Program-made: the position numbers and the translations under genes
Notes under the pieces: generated by a model
The model's input: the letters and a program-made list of their open reading frames with translations, nothing else
Database searches by the model: none
Told to the model about the DNA's origin: nothing
Assembly: GCA_963840855.1 (NCBI GenBank)
Contig: CAWJBB010000055.1
Coordinates: 12,227-76,226, forward strand
Origin: an uncultured delta proteobacterium
Lineage (GTDB): Bacteria > Desulfobacterota > Binatia > UBA9968
Direction: 5' to 3'
Length of the DNA stretch: 64,000 bases
Part shown: positions 18,609 to 28,963 of the stretch, piece after piece
Layout: each line of letters begins with the position of its first letter
Numbering within the stretch: position 1 is the stretch's first letter

Positions 18609-19742
18609 ATGAAAGACGGATTTAAAGTTATCGATGCCGACCGGCATATCCTTGAGCCGTCGGATTTGTATCAGAATTATTTGCCCGAAAAGTTCAAACA
18701 CCGGGTGCGCCTCGCCGGGCCGAACCAGACCGTGCGCGAAGTGGACGGCAAGCCGGTCTCTGACTCCGCCCTGCGTCCCGGACGAGAGACAGTGGATTAC
18801 GGTTATATTTTTTCATCGTCCAAGCGCTGGCGCGAGTGCTTCGCCGATGCCTACGCGAATAAGTTCGACCCGGCGTCCAATCTGCGCGATATGGAGCGCG
18901 AAGGCATCGACGTCTCGGTCCTGTTCCCAACCATCGGTCTTTACATTATGTGGCGGGACGATATCGACCCGGAGCTGAGCGCCGCGATTTGCCGGGCTTA
19001 CAACACCTGGCTGGCGGATTACTGCGATCATGACCGCAAGCGCCTCTACGGCGTTATGCTTCTGCCGCTGCAAGATCCGGCGCGCGCCGTTGAAGAACTG
19101 AAATACGCGAGAGAGAAATTGGGTCTGGTCGGCATTTTCTGGCGGCCAAACAAATTTTGCGGCCGCACTTTCGCCAGCCCCGATTACTATCCGATCTACG
19201 ATGCCTGCTCCGAGCTCGGCGTGACGATCTGCGTCCACGAAGGCGCGCGCACCGTTCTTCAGCAGGCCGGCTCCGACCGCTACAGCGAATTCGGCCGCCA
19301 TGTGGCTTGCCATCCGCTGGAACAGATGCTTGCTTGCCTGAGCTTCTGCGCCGACGGCGTGCTGGAAAAATTTCCCAAGCTGAAGGTCGCCCACCTCGAA
19401 TCAGGCTGCGGCTGGGCGCCGTTCTGGCTGGAACGCATGGACGAACACTGGGAACATGAATCCCACGGCTCGGCTAAGATCACGAAAGAAAAACCGAGCT
19501 ATTACTTCAAGCGCAACTGCTGGATCAGCTGCGAGGCTGGCGAGGAGCTGGCGCCGGTCTTCGTCGACCACGTCGGCGACGACTATTTGATGATCGCCAC
19601 CGACTATCCGCACAGCGACGCCATCGATAAGTTCCCGGACAAGACCGTCGGCGCGATCAGCGGCAACGACAAAATTTCCCGTCAATCGCGCGCCAAGATT
19701 CTCTGGGATAATCCGACCAAGGCGTTCAGCTTGGGAGCTTGA
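18609..19742 (+). CDS. Amidohydrolase family 2 protein
   Basis: IDADRH, DMEREGID, VLFPT, CVHEG, HLESGCGW, ATDYPH. Confidence 0.9.
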   Translation: MKDGFKVIDADRHILEPSDLYQNYLPEKFKHRVRLAGPNQTVREVDGKPVSDSALRPGRETVDYGYIFSSSKRWRECFADAYANKFDPASNLRDMEREGIDVSVLFPTIGLYIMWRDDIDPELSAAICRAYNTWLADYCDHDRKRLYGVMLLPLQDPARAVEELKYAREKLGLVGIFWRPNKFCGRTFASPDYYPIYDACSELGVTICVHEGARTVLQQAGSDRYSEFGRHVACHPLEQMLACLSFCADGVLEKFPKLKVAHLESGCGWAPFWLERMDEHWEHESHGSAKITKEKPSYYFKRNCWISCEAGEELAPVFVDHVGDDYLMIATDYPHSDAIDKFPDKTVGAISGNDKISRQSRAKILWDNPTKAFSLGA

Positions 19743-19789
19743 AGCTAACGAAATTAGATGTATTTGAGTCTTCGCCTGGGAGGTAAATC

Positions 19790-20182
19790 ATGATCAAAAC
19801 TCAAGGCGTGCTCCATTTCAGTTTGCCGGCCACCGATCTCGACCGCAGCGCGAAGTTTTATCACGAGTTGCTCGGCATGAAGATTGTCGAGCAAACGCCG
19901 CGGATGGTTTTTCTCCAGAGCGGCGAGAATTATTTTATTATGGCTAAGGGTAATGCGCCGGTGAAATACGACTCGCCCCAGAGCACTCCGGTGCATCATG
20001 CGTTCAAAGTAAAGCCGGAAGACTTCGAGCCGTCGATTGAATTTTTGCGCAAGAACGGCGTCGATGTTTTTCACATCGAAGACCGTAACGAGGGAGTCTT
20101 CTGGGGCAAGCAGGCGTACTTCCTGGACCCGGACGGCAACAAACTCGAAATCTACGCGGGCCCCGGCGCGAAGAAAACCTGA
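19790..20182 (+). CDS. VOC/glyoxalase family protein
   Basis: LHFSLP.TDLDRS.KFY..LLGM, HHAF, YFLDPDGNKLEI. Confidence 0.9.
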   Translation: MIKTQGVLHFSLPATDLDRSAKFYHELLGMKIVEQTPRMVFLQSGENYFIMAKGNAPVKYDSPQSTPVHHAFKVKPEDFEPSIEFLRKNGVDVFHIEDRNEGVFWGKQAYFLDPDGNKLEIYAGPGAKKT

Positions 20183-20193
20183 GTTTTAGATGC

Positions 20194-20232
20194 AAAAAAC
20201 CGAAGCACGCCCGCGGGGCGCGCGCTTCGGTT
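20194..20232 (-). terminator. Intrinsic terminator between convergent genes
   Basis: AACCGAAGC...GCTTCGGTT stem with an A6 tract on the left (U-tract on the minus strand). Confidence 0.65.
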
Positions 20233-20297
20233 CGTGCGCATTAGAGAACGGCGGCGGATTCTCACTGTAGCAACCTTCCGCCTTCATCCTTTCCGGA

Positions 20298-21162
20298 TCA
20301 TTTTCCCGCTCTTGTCGCGCTCCATTTATTGCCGCCGGCGGTGCCCTCCATCGAGTTGCCGCTAACGCGCCCGCTGTACTGCACGTTGCCGGCCGTGAAT
20401 GTGATCTGATCGCCGTTCAATTTCCCACTGACCTGCGTGGCGGCGTTGCCGTTCTTGAGCGTGCCGGAGATCATCTGAAAAGTCTGTTTGAGCGTCAGCT
20501 CGCCTTGTGGCAAGTTTCCACGATCCCTCCACTTTCGCCGGGACGATCCAGAGATGCGCCGTGCACCAATTGTTGCAGCCTTCTACCGTCGCCGTTTCGT
20601 CGGGCTTCCACTCCTCCATGTCAAAGGAGTTCGAAACTATCCTCGTGCCGGGCTTGAGATCGAGAATCTTCGGCCGTAGCTTGACATTGATGCTCGGCAG
20701 CAAGAACATCGTAATGACCTGGGCCTGCGAGAAGTCGCTTTCGAAAAGATCGGCTTTCACGAAACTCGCTTTATCGCTCACGCCTTCTTTGGCGGCGCTT
20801 CGCTTCGACAGTTCCACCATGTCCGGGTTGTATTCTATGCCAAGAGCTTTGGAGCCCCGCTTCGCTGCCGTGATGACCGTGCGCCCGTCACCGGAACCCA
20901 GATCGATGACGTAATCCTTCGGCGTCACCTTGGCCATGTCGAGCATCTTGTCCACCAGGGCCTGGGGCGTCGGCACCCAAACGACGTCTTTGCCAGCTTG
21001 CCCGACTTCGGGCTCGTATTCTTTAGCCGGCTGCGCCTGAGCAATACCGCTCGCAAGCGCGACCGACAACGATAGCGCCAGTGCAAATTGTCTGTACAAA
21101 TTCAATCTAGTCACAAATCTCCTCCCGCTTTGAATTGATATATTGCTGCTTCTAGTTTTCAC
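20298..21162 (-). CDS. Class I SAM-dependent methyltransferase with signal peptide; one frameshift near 20510
   Basis: DVVWVPTP, DLGSGDGR; the C-terminus PQGELTLKQTFQMISG continues in ORF 20298-20513 and matches the paralog; start uncertain. Confidence 0.85.
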
Positions 21163-21206
21163 TTGGGCCGACTCAGTCGCAAGGGGTCAGTTCAACCACT
21201 TGATTG

Positions 21207-22019
21207 TTAATTTGCTCCGCGCGACGCGCTCCAGTTCCCGCCGGACTTGAGCGTTCCTTCGATAGAGTTGCCATTGACCCGGCCGGTGTATTGCGCCTCG
21301 CCGGCAGAAAAGCTGATCTCATCGCCGTTCAGCTTACCCGTGACCGGCGTGGCCACGCTACCGCTCTTGAGCGTGCCGGAGATCATCTGAAAAGTCTGTT
21401 TGAGCGTCAGCTCGCCTTGTGAAGTTGTCCAGACGCCGCCGACTTTTGCCGGGACGATCCAAAGATGCGCCGTGCACCAGGAGCTGCAACCGGCAAGGTT
21501 GGCCGTTTCATCGGGCTTCCATTCGGCCATATCGAAGGTATTCGACACGATGCGCGTGCCCGGCTTGAGGTCGAGGATCTTAGGCCGCAGCTTCAAGTTG
21601 ATACTGGAGAGTAGAAACATCGTGATGACCTGGGCCTGTGAGAAATCGCTTTCGAATAGATCGGCTTTCACGAAACTCGCTTTATCGCTCACGCCTTCTT
21701 TGGCGGCGGTTCGTTTCGATAGTTCCACCATGTCCGGATTGTATTCGATGCCAAGAGCTTTGGAGCCCCGTTTCGCCGCCGTGATGACCGTGCGCCCGTC
21801 ACCGGAACCCAGATCGATGACATAATCTTTCGGCGTCACCTTGGCCATGTCGAGCATCTTGTCCACCAGGGCCTGGGGCGTCGGCACCCATATGACATCT
21901 TTCCCATCCTGGCCGACTTGCGGTTCATATCCTTTTGCCGACTGCGCGGGTGCACCCACCGGAAGCGCCGCAATGCAGATTGCCAATAGCACGATTCGCG
22001 AAAATCTCGCCGCTATCAT
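21207..22019 (-). CDS. Class I SAM-dependent methyltransferase with signal peptide (tandem paralog)
   Basis: DVIWVPTP, DLGSGDGR, GIEYN, LKPGTRIVSN. Confidence 0.9.
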   Translation of the reverse strand: MIAARFSRIVLLAICIAALPVGAPAQSAKGYEPQVGQDGKDVIWVPTPQALVDKMLDMAKVTPKDYVIDLGSGDGRTVITAAKRGSKALGIEYNPDMVELSKRTAAKEGVSDKASFVKADLFESDFSQAQVITMFLLSSINLKLRPKILDLKPGTRIVSNTFDMAEWKPDETANLAGCSSWCTAHLWIVPAKVGGVWTTSQGELTLKQTFQMISGTLKSGSVATPVTGKLNGDEISFSAGEAQYTGRVNGNSIEGTLKSGGNWSASRGAN

Positions 22020-22145
22020 TTATCCCTCCATAAATTTGATCTAAATTCGAAGCGAACCCTATACGAATACTCCACGGCACGAAAAATGTCTAGAAAGGCG
22101 GGCCAATCCCCAGGATCCTGTCGAAGTCGTCTTGAGCAGATTCAA

Positions 22146-22213
22146 AATCCCTCTGAATCTCCCTTTACAAAGGGAGACTTTGCATTCTCCCTTTGAGGGG
22201 GAAATGGGGAATT
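22146..22213. repeat. Family E palindromic repeat (CCCTTT..AAAGGG)
   Basis: aaatccctctgaatctccctttacaaagggaga...ctccctttgaggggg. Confidence 0.65.
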
Positions 22214-22323
22214 TCGGACAAACGCGATTTGTGAATTCAAGTCAGTAAAATGATACTTACTTTGACGTTGCCCTGGGCCGGTCCCTGATTGCAACAATTT
22301 GACGATTGAGCAAGCGAAAACCA

Positions 22324-23610
22324 CTAACTTTCAAGAGTACGGATCGCCGGGATGCGCCAGGCGACGAGCAGAGTTAGCAGAATAACGATGGCGCCCATTG
22401 TCGCCACCGTCATCGGCGCGCCGATGAAATGCGCCGCGGTGCCGGCAAATAACGCCCCCGCCGGCATGAAGCCGCGATCGAGCATGTAGAGGCTCATCAC
22501 CCGGCCGCGCAATTCGTCGGGGACGACAAGCTGAAGCATCGTGGCGGTACTGGCAAGAAAAAACATTTGGAAAGCGCCCGCAATCACCAGAGTGATGAGC
22601 GCCAGCGGCAATGAAGTCAGTTGAGAAAAGACGATCAGAAAAAAGCCGAGGATGACGATGCTGCCGACCAGCAACAAGCCTTGGCGTTTGATGCGATGGC
22701 CGAGCGACGCCAGCGTCAGAACGGCGATCACCGCGCCGACGCCGGGCGCCGCCATTAATAGACCCAATCCTTCGGGTCCGACATGCAGCACGTCTTTCTG
22801 AAACACGGGCATCAATGTTTGGTACGGTACCGCGAAAACCCGCGGCACATATGCGAGCATCATCAGCGCTAGCACGGCCGGCGTGGACCAGACGTAGGCA
22901 ACGCCTTCCTTGAGATTGGCGAAGGCGGTCGCGCGCTTCGCTTCGGCGGAGTGGGGCGGGATGTGCATCAGATAGATCATCGCCAGCACGCCGATGTAAG
23001 CAATGCCTTGGACGAAGAAATTGTCCGCCGCTCCGAACCAAGCGATCATGGCGCCGCCGAGCGCGGGACCGATAACTTTCATCAAATTGAAGCCGCCGGA
23101 GTTGAGCGCGATCGCGTTGGCCAGATCTCGTTTCGGCACGACGCTGGGGATCATGCTCATCCGCACCGGTTCGGTGATCGTCCAGGCGACGCCGGTGATC
23201 AACGTGAAAAGAAAAATATGCCAGACATGTAAAAACGGCGAAGCGACCAGCGCGCCCATGAGAATCGCGGTGATGATCAATACCCACTGTGTGTATAGGA
23301 GCAACTTGCGCCGGTCCATGCGGTCGGCGGCCACCCCCGCCATGGGCCCGGTGACCAAAAAAGGCAGGGCACGCAGACCATTCAGCGCGCCGAGCAGCAT
23401 CGAGTTGCCGGTTAGATCGTAAAGCAGCCAGCCAAGCGTCACTTGCTGAACCCACTGGCCGGTGCTCATCATCAAGGTGCCGGTCCACAAATAGCGATAG
23501 TCGGCATGGCGCAATGAAGCGAAGATTCGAGGACGAAACCGATGTGCCGCCGTTTTGGCTCTCTCGGTTTCAATTCCCGGCGTAGCAGGCTTTGTAAATT
23601 CGTCTTTCAA
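22324..23610 (-). CDS. MFS transporter (DHA3/MFS_3-like)
   Basis: About 12 hydrophobic segments; GVAADRMDRRK, VPDELRGRVMS. Confidence 0.9.
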   Translation of the reverse strand: MKDEFTKPATPGIETERAKTAAHRFRPRIFASLRHADYRYLWTGTLMMSTGQWVQQVTLGWLLYDLTGNSMLLGALNGLRALPFLVTGPMAGVAADRMDRRKLLLYTQWVLIITAILMGALVASPFLHVWHIFLFTLITGVAWTITEPVRMSMIPSVVPKRDLANAIALNSGGFNLMKVIGPALGGAMIAWFGAADNFFVQGIAYIGVLAMIYLMHIPPHSAEAKRATAFANLKEGVAYVWSTPAVLALMMLAYVPRVFAVPYQTLMPVFQKDVLHVGPEGLGLLMAAPGVGAVIAVLTLASLGHRIKRQGLLLVGSIVILGFFLIVFSQLTSLPLALITLVIAGAFQMFFLASTATMLQLVVPDELRGRVMSLYMLDRGFMPAGALFAGTAAHFIGAPMTVATMGAIVILLTLLVAWRIPAIRTLES

Positions 23611-23685
23611 GGAATTTGTTCCGGCTTGGAGGGGACTGATTGGACCAATTCATTAGTATCAAGATTCGCCGCGACTTACTATCGA

Positions 23686-23977
23686 CGTCGGCGCCGGGTA
23701 GTGGTTCAGTTTGGGAAAGATCCCTCTCTTCGCCAGACGGTGTGAAAACTCCGTTCATGGTTCGACTGGGCTCACCACGAACGGATATCGGACATTACAA
23801 ATCAAGCATTTAGCCGTTCGCCCTGAGCTTAGTCGAAGGGCTCCTAATGAGTTTTCACACAGTCTGTCGTTCGGGATGACAATTCACCATGCCTGTCATT
23901 TCGAGCCGAGCGAGAAATCTATCTTGCTATCCAGATGCGGGGCCGACTTCTAATTGAACCACTAGCCTGCGCCGATG
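23686..23977. repeat. Nested composite of several palindromic repeat families
   Basis: TAGTGGTTCA inverted pair (23699/23964), split AGATCCCTC..CGGGATGAC unit, AGAC.GTGTGAAAACTC inverted pair (23735/23865), inner CCGTTC..CGAACGG units. Confidence 0.8.
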
Positions 23978-24091
23978 AAATCGCTTCGGCTATGCGATGA
24001 GTGTTTCAAGCGGTGGTATAACAAGGTAAGTTAAGAGTTGATTTACCGAGTGGAAGGAGCGAAAAATTTTGTCGCTCTGCCGGTTCCTACC

Positions 24092-24943
24092 ATGACTACC
24101 CGTGTCGATTCCCAGCGGTTACGCCGCCATCTAGATATGATCGTCGGCGAGCGCAGCCCGTTCCGCGGCCAACGTCACCTGGCCGCGGTGGAAAAATTTA
24201 TCGAACAAGAATTCGCAAGCTGCGGCCTCGACGTCGAGAGCGATTATTTCCCTTACGGCGGGGGTAGATTTCGCAATATCATCGCCCGCAGGAGGCCAAC
24301 AAGAGGCGGCCCGATTATTATCCTCGGCGCCCATTTCGATTCGGTGCCGGGCAGTCCCGGCGCCGACGACAACGCCAGCGGTGTGGCGGTGCTCCTCGAA
24401 GCGGCGAGGCTGCTCTGTCAAATCGAACGGCTGCATTCGCAAATACTATTCTGCGCCTTCAATCTCGAAGAACTGAATATGATCGGCAGCGCGGCCTTGG
24501 CAAAAAAACTCAAAGCCGCGGGAGCGAAAGTCGAAGCGATGATTTCGCTGGAAATGGTCGGCTATACGGACCCGCGGCCCGGCAGGCAAAAGTATCCGGT
24601 GGGGCTTAGTTGGATGTATCCTGACCGCGGTGACTTCATCGGCGTCATCGGCAACTGGAACTCGAACATCTTGCTGCGCCGATTCGCTGATTCAATGCGC
24701 CAGGTGTCAGGGCTGCCGATCGAAACCCTTTCCGTACCCGGTAACGGCATGTTGATTCCCGCCGTGCGCCTCAGCGATCATTCGCCGTTCTGGGACCTGG
24801 GTTATCCGGCGCTGATGGTCACCGACACATCTTTTTATCGCAATCCACACTACCACGGTCCCAGCGATACCATCGACACTTTGGATATGGACTTTATGGC
24901 AAAGGTCTGCGAGGGAGTGATTCGCGGGGCGACGGCGCTGTAG
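24092..24943 (+). CDS. M28 family peptidase
   Basis: GAHFDS, PGADDNASG, FNLEE, SLEMVGY, LSDHSPFW, NPHYH..SDT. Confidence 0.9.
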   Translation: MTTRVDSQRLRRHLDMIVGERSPFRGQRHLAAVEKFIEQEFASCGLDVESDYFPYGGGRFRNIIARRRPTRGGPIIILGAHFDSVPGSPGADDNASGVAVLLEAARLLCQIERLHSQILFCAFNLEELNMIGSAALAKKLKAAGAKVEAMISLEMVGYTDPRPGRQKYPVGLSWMYPDRGDFIGVIGNWNSNILLRRFADSMRQVSGLPIETLSVPGNGMLIPAVRLSDHSPFWDLGYPALMVTDTSFYRNPHYHGPSDTIDTLDMDFMAKVCEGVIRGATAL

Positions 24944-25134
24944 CCATCCCCGCCGCCCACTCTAAACACCGTATACGCCCGGCGGCCAAAGACGCGGTTG
25001 ACTGCCGGATTACTCAGGTGGTAGATGGCACTTACGGAGTTCGCAGATTGATGGTTTCCCGGGGCGATTTTTTGGAAGTCACTTTAGCGGGCTATCGCTG
25101 CCAACCGGAACGGTTGAGTAATAAAGGAGGATCT

Positions 25135-25536
25135 ATGATTACTACGAAAGGCGTCTATCATCTCGGCATTCCCGTCAACGATGTCGAGCGCGCGGTCAAA
25201 TTTTATACCGAGATTCTTGGGATGACGATCGCCAAGCTCAACCGCGACGACATGGGCGATCACTTGAACCGCGCCGATCTTCGCTCCGGCGATTCGATGG
25301 TCGTCTTGTTCCAACGGCCCGAGCCCATCGAGAAAGACGCCGTGAAAGAAGACGGCGCCACGCACCAGGCCTTCACCGTCTCGCCGGAAGACTTCGAGCT
25401 GGCGGAGAAAAAAATGAAAGATTGGGGCGTGAAGGTTTACAACATCCCGACCGTCGAACGCCCCTCGGGGAGAGGTTTTTACTTTTTCGATCCGGACGGC
25501 AATCTCTTGCAACTCTACGCCCCGCCGCGGAAATAG
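25135..25536 (+). CDS. VOC/glyoxalase family protein
   Basis: YHLGIPVNDVERAVKFY, HQAF, YFFDPDGN; AGGAGG ribosome-binding site. Confidence 0.9.
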   Translation: MITTKGVYHLGIPVNDVERAVKFYTEILGMTIAKLNRDDMGDHLNRADLRSGDSMVVLFQRPEPIEKDAVKEDGATHQAFTVSPEDFELAEKKMKDWGVKVYNIPTVERPSGRGFYFFDPDGNLLQLYAPPRK

Positions 25537-25547
25537 TTATTTTCGGC

Positions 25548-27830
25548 ATGAAACCTTTCAGGGTTGTCGGCAAACCACAGCCGCGACTCGATGGTCCGGA
25601 AACAGTGACGGGCCGCGCCCCCTACACGGTTGACGTCCTTTTGCCGGGAATGCTTCACGCGAAGTTATTCCGTAGTTCCGTACCGCACGCTAAAATCCGG
25701 CGCCTCGACGCGAGCCGCGCCCGGTTGCTTACCGGCGTCGCGGCGGTTTTGACGGCGAGTGACGTGCCGCGCAAGCGTTTCGGCTTCACAGTCCAGGATG
25801 AAGAACTCTTCGCCGGCGAAAAAGCGCGTTACATAGGCGACGTCATCGCGGCGGTGGCGGCCAAAGACGAGGAAACCGCGGAGGCGGCTCTGAGCCTGAT
25901 CGACTGTGACTACGAAGAGCTGCCCGCCGCTTTGTCACCCGACCAAGCTCTGAAAGAAAATGCCCCGTTAATTCACGAAAACTTCGACTCCTACCGGCTG
26001 AACGACATGCTGGCGCGCAGTTGGCATCCGGTGGCGGGAACCAACATCGCGCATCAAGCAGTTTACTCCAGGGGTAACATCGATCAGGGCTTTGCCGAAG
26101 CCGATGAAATTTTCGACGACCGGTTCAGCTCGCAGCAGGTTCAGCATTGTTCGCTCGAGCCCCACGCCGTGGTGGCGCACTGGGACGGCGAGCGGCTGAT
26201 GTTGTGGACCAGTACGCAAAAAGTCTTTCTAGTGCGCTCCGGTCTGGCGGAACTCTTCGGCTTACCGGAAGAGAAGATCCGCGTGATCGGTAGCAAGATT
26301 GGCGCTGGTTTCGGCGGCAAAAACGCGATGCGGCTTGAGCCCTATGCCGCCGCTCTCGCGCTCAGAACCGGCAAGCCCGTACGGCTCATCAACAGCAGAG
26401 CGGAAGAATTTGCCGCCGCAGCGGGCTCGGTGCCGGCCACGGTCCGCGTCAAAACCGGCGTCAAGCGCGACGGCACGATCACGGCGCGCGCCATGGAGTT
26501 TATCTGGGACACAGGAGCCTACGCCGAAGGATTGCCCGGCAGCAATCGCGCGCTAAAAGACGGCGTTGGACCGTATAGGATTGCCAATCTTCGGGTCACG
26601 TCGACGCTGGTCTATACGAACAAACTGCGCGGCTGTCCGTTTCGCGGCCTGGGCATCCCGGAGGCCGTCTGGGCCGGCGAATCGCAGATGGATATCATCG
26701 CGGCAAAGTTGGGCATCGATCCCGTGGCGCTCCGGCTCAAAAATTGTCTCGACACCGGCGATGAAACGCCGGCCGGCGACCGCGCCAATCATATCGCCCT
26801 GCGCCAGTGCTTGCTGGAAGTTTCCAGAGAACTCAAGCGCTGGAAAAAACGCGCGCCGTCGGACCATGGCTTCGGCGTGGCGCTGATTCACAAATCACCG
26901 ACCACGTCGGCGGCGTCATCGAAAGCGCTCCTGCGCATTCGCGCCGACGCCGGCGTAGAACTCATGATCGGCGCCACCGACGTCGGCGGCGGAACGGGCA
27001 CGACCCTCGGGCAAATCGCCGCCGAGGAACTGGGGATCGCGCCAACCGACATCCGGGTGGTGATCGCCGACACCGACTTGACTCCCTTCGATCACGGCAC
27101 CTATTCCAGCCGCGTGACGGCCTACGTCGGGGCGGCCGTGAAGCTGGCCGCCACGGATGCGCGCCGGCAACTGATCGAGGCATCTGCTCGTCTCTGGAAT
27201 CTTTCGCCGGAAAAGTTGCGAATCAAGGGCAAGAAGGTCGTGGCGAGCGGGCGGCGCTCGATGACCTATGGCGAAGTGATCAAGAAATCGAAATTGGCGG
27301 AAATCCTCGGCAGCGGGTCATTCGAAAGCAAAAGGTCATGGGCCGGCGATGCTGCATCGAACAAGCAAGATTCCGCCGCGGCGGGATGGCCTTTCGGCGC
27401 GCAGGCGGTGGAGGTAAAAATCGATCGCGAGACCGGTGTCATCAAGCTCGTCCGCGTCGCGTCGGCGCACGATGTCGGCAAAGCGATCAATCCTATGGCC
27501 GTTACGGGCCAGATCCAGGGCGGTATTGCCATGGGGTTAGGATATGCCCTCTTCGAAGGTTTGCAGTTCGAAGCAGGAAAAGTCGCCAACGCCAGCTTCG
27601 CGGACTACAAGATCGCAACCGCGTGCGATATGCCGGGCGCCACGCCGAGGATCGTTGAAAAACTTTACGCGTCGGAACCCTATGGCGCCAAAGGCGTCGG
27701 CGAGATGTCCATATTCGGCATCGCGCCAGCCATCGCCAATGCCATCGCGTCCTTGACGGGGAAGCGCATCAAGGATCTCCCTATGTCAGCGGAGAAATTA
27801 TTCGAACAGCTCAAACAAACTGCGAAGTAA
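25548..27830 (+). CDS. Xanthine dehydrogenase family molybdopterin-binding subunit (stand-alone)
   Basis: SLEPH, STQ, GAGFGGK, PFRGLG, QIAAEELG, HDVGKAINP, GQIQGG, GAKGVGE. Confidence 0.92.
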   Translation: MKPFRVVGKPQPRLDGPETVTGRAPYTVDVLLPGMLHAKLFRSSVPHAKIRRLDASRARLLTGVAAVLTASDVPRKRFGFTVQDEELFAGEKARYIGDVIAAVAAKDEETAEAALSLIDCDYEELPAALSPDQALKENAPLIHENFDSYRLNDMLARSWHPVAGTNIAHQAVYSRGNIDQGFAEADEIFDDRFSSQQVQHCSLEPHAVVAHWDGERLMLWTSTQKVFLVRSGLAELFGLPEEKIRVIGSKIGAGFGGKNAMRLEPYAAALALRTGKPVRLINSRAEEFAAAAGSVPATVRVKTGVKRDGTITARAMEFIWDTGAYAEGLPGSNRALKDGVGPYRIANLRVTSTLVYTNKLRGCPFRGLGIPEAVWAGESQMDIIAAKLGIDPVALRLKNCLDTGDETPAGDRANHIALRQCLLEVSRELKRWKKRAPSDHGFGVALIHKSPTTSAASSKALLRIRADAGVELMIGATDVGGGTGTTLGQIAAEELGIAPTDIRVVIADTDLTPFDHGTYSSRVTAYVGAAVKLAATDARRQLIEASARLWNLSPEKLRIKGKKVVASGRRSMTYGEVIKKSKLAEILGSGSFESKRSWAGDAASNKQDSAAAGWPFGAQAVEVKIDRETGVIKLVRVASAHDVGKAINPMAVTGQIQGGIAMGLGYALFEGLQFEAGKVANASFADYKIATACDMPGATPRIVEKLYASEPYGAKGVGEMSIFGIAPAIANAIASLTGKRIKDLPMSAEKLFEQLKQTAK

Positions 27831-27889
27831 CGCAGAGCGCGCCAATATGAAGAAAATGACAAATTTCGGATTTTGATAAGGGAGGCATC

Positions 27890-28912
27890 ATGCTCTGCCA
27901 ACTGTGTAAGGCGATTTGTCTTTCATTACTTCTGCTCGGCACAACGTTCGTGCCGCTCAACTCAGCCCAGGGGCAGTCCGAGGACGAACTGGCGCGCGGG
28001 GCAAAGAAAGAAGGGAAAGTGGTTTTCTGGAGCTCCATGCGCATTGAGGATTCGCGGGCGTTGGCGGCGGGCTTCGAGGCAAGATATCCGTTCATCAAAG
28101 TCGACATCTTTCGCGCCGGCGGCGAACAGATCGTCAACCGCGCCCTCGCGGAACATCTGGCGGGCAAAACGACCTACGATGTGCTCAACGCCTTCGCCCT
28201 CAAGGTAGTGCAAAACAAAGGGCTCTTGCAGGCCTATGCCGCGCCGGAAGCAACGTATTATCCTACCGGGTTTAAAGATCCGCAGAATTATTGGGTGTCG
28301 CTTTACAGCGGCTACAACGTGATCGGCTACAACACCAAGCTGGTAACCAAAGCCGATGCGCCGAGAAATTGGGACGATCTTTTGCACCCGCGCTGGAAAG
28401 GTAAACTCGGCATGGATGATGAAGAATATTTTTGGCACGCGGGCATGCTCAAACACTGGGGCGAAGAAAAGGGCAGAAAGTACATGGAAGTGCTGAGCCG
28501 GCAAGGGCTTCAGTTCCGTAATGGCCACGCGTTGCTCGCGGACTTGATGTCGGTCGGCGAATTCCCCGCAGCCGTGGTTGTTTATCCGGACCACATCGAA
28601 CAAATGAAAAACAAGGGCCAGCCGGTTGAGTGGATCAAGAGCACCGATCCGATTCTCGTCAACCTGGCGCCCGTCGCCGTTGCCGCCAAGGCGCCACAAC
28701 CCAACGCCGCGAAGCTGTTCATGAACTACAGCATCTCGAAGGAAGGCCAGGAAATCCTGCAAAAAGCCCGGCGCGCCTCGGCGCGGCACGACGTTGCGCC
28801 TCTCGTCCCCGATATGGACCCCAGGAAGTTGAAGCTCGTGCCCCTGGACCCGGACATAGCGACCAACGCGGATCATATAAAAGATTTTCGCCGAGTCTTC
28901 GGTTTAAATTGA
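27890..28912 (+). CDS. Extracellular solute-binding protein (Fe3+/AfuA-like), no adjacent permease
   Basis: Signal peptide; AKKEGKVV, YNTKLV..AP..WDDLL.P.WKGK, PNAAKLF. Confidence 0.85.
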   Translation: MLCQLCKAICLSLLLLGTTFVPLNSAQGQSEDELARGAKKEGKVVFWSSMRIEDSRALAAGFEARYPFIKVDIFRAGGEQIVNRALAEHLAGKTTYDVLNAFALKVVQNKGLLQAYAAPEATYYPTGFKDPQNYWVSLYSGYNVIGYNTKLVTKADAPRNWDDLLHPRWKGKLGMDDEEYFWHAGMLKHWGEEKGRKYMEVLSRQGLQFRNGHALLADLMSVGEFPAAVVVYPDHIEQMKNKGQPVEWIKSTDPILVNLAPVAVAAKAPQPNAAKLFMNYSISKEGQEILQKARRASARHDVAPLVPDMDPRKLKLVPLDPDIATNADHIKDFRRVFGLN

Positions 28913-28963
28913 TTTTAGCCGAAGATATTTGAAATTTTCGAACGAATTCTGCAGAACACAAAT

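Noticed and set aside
26620-26670. RGCPFRG in the Mo subunit as the CoxL form I AYxCSFR copper loop
   Set aside because: It aligns to the xanthine dehydrogenase GAFRGFG motif, so the Cys precedes FR rather than occupying the CoxL position; no coxM/coxS nearby.
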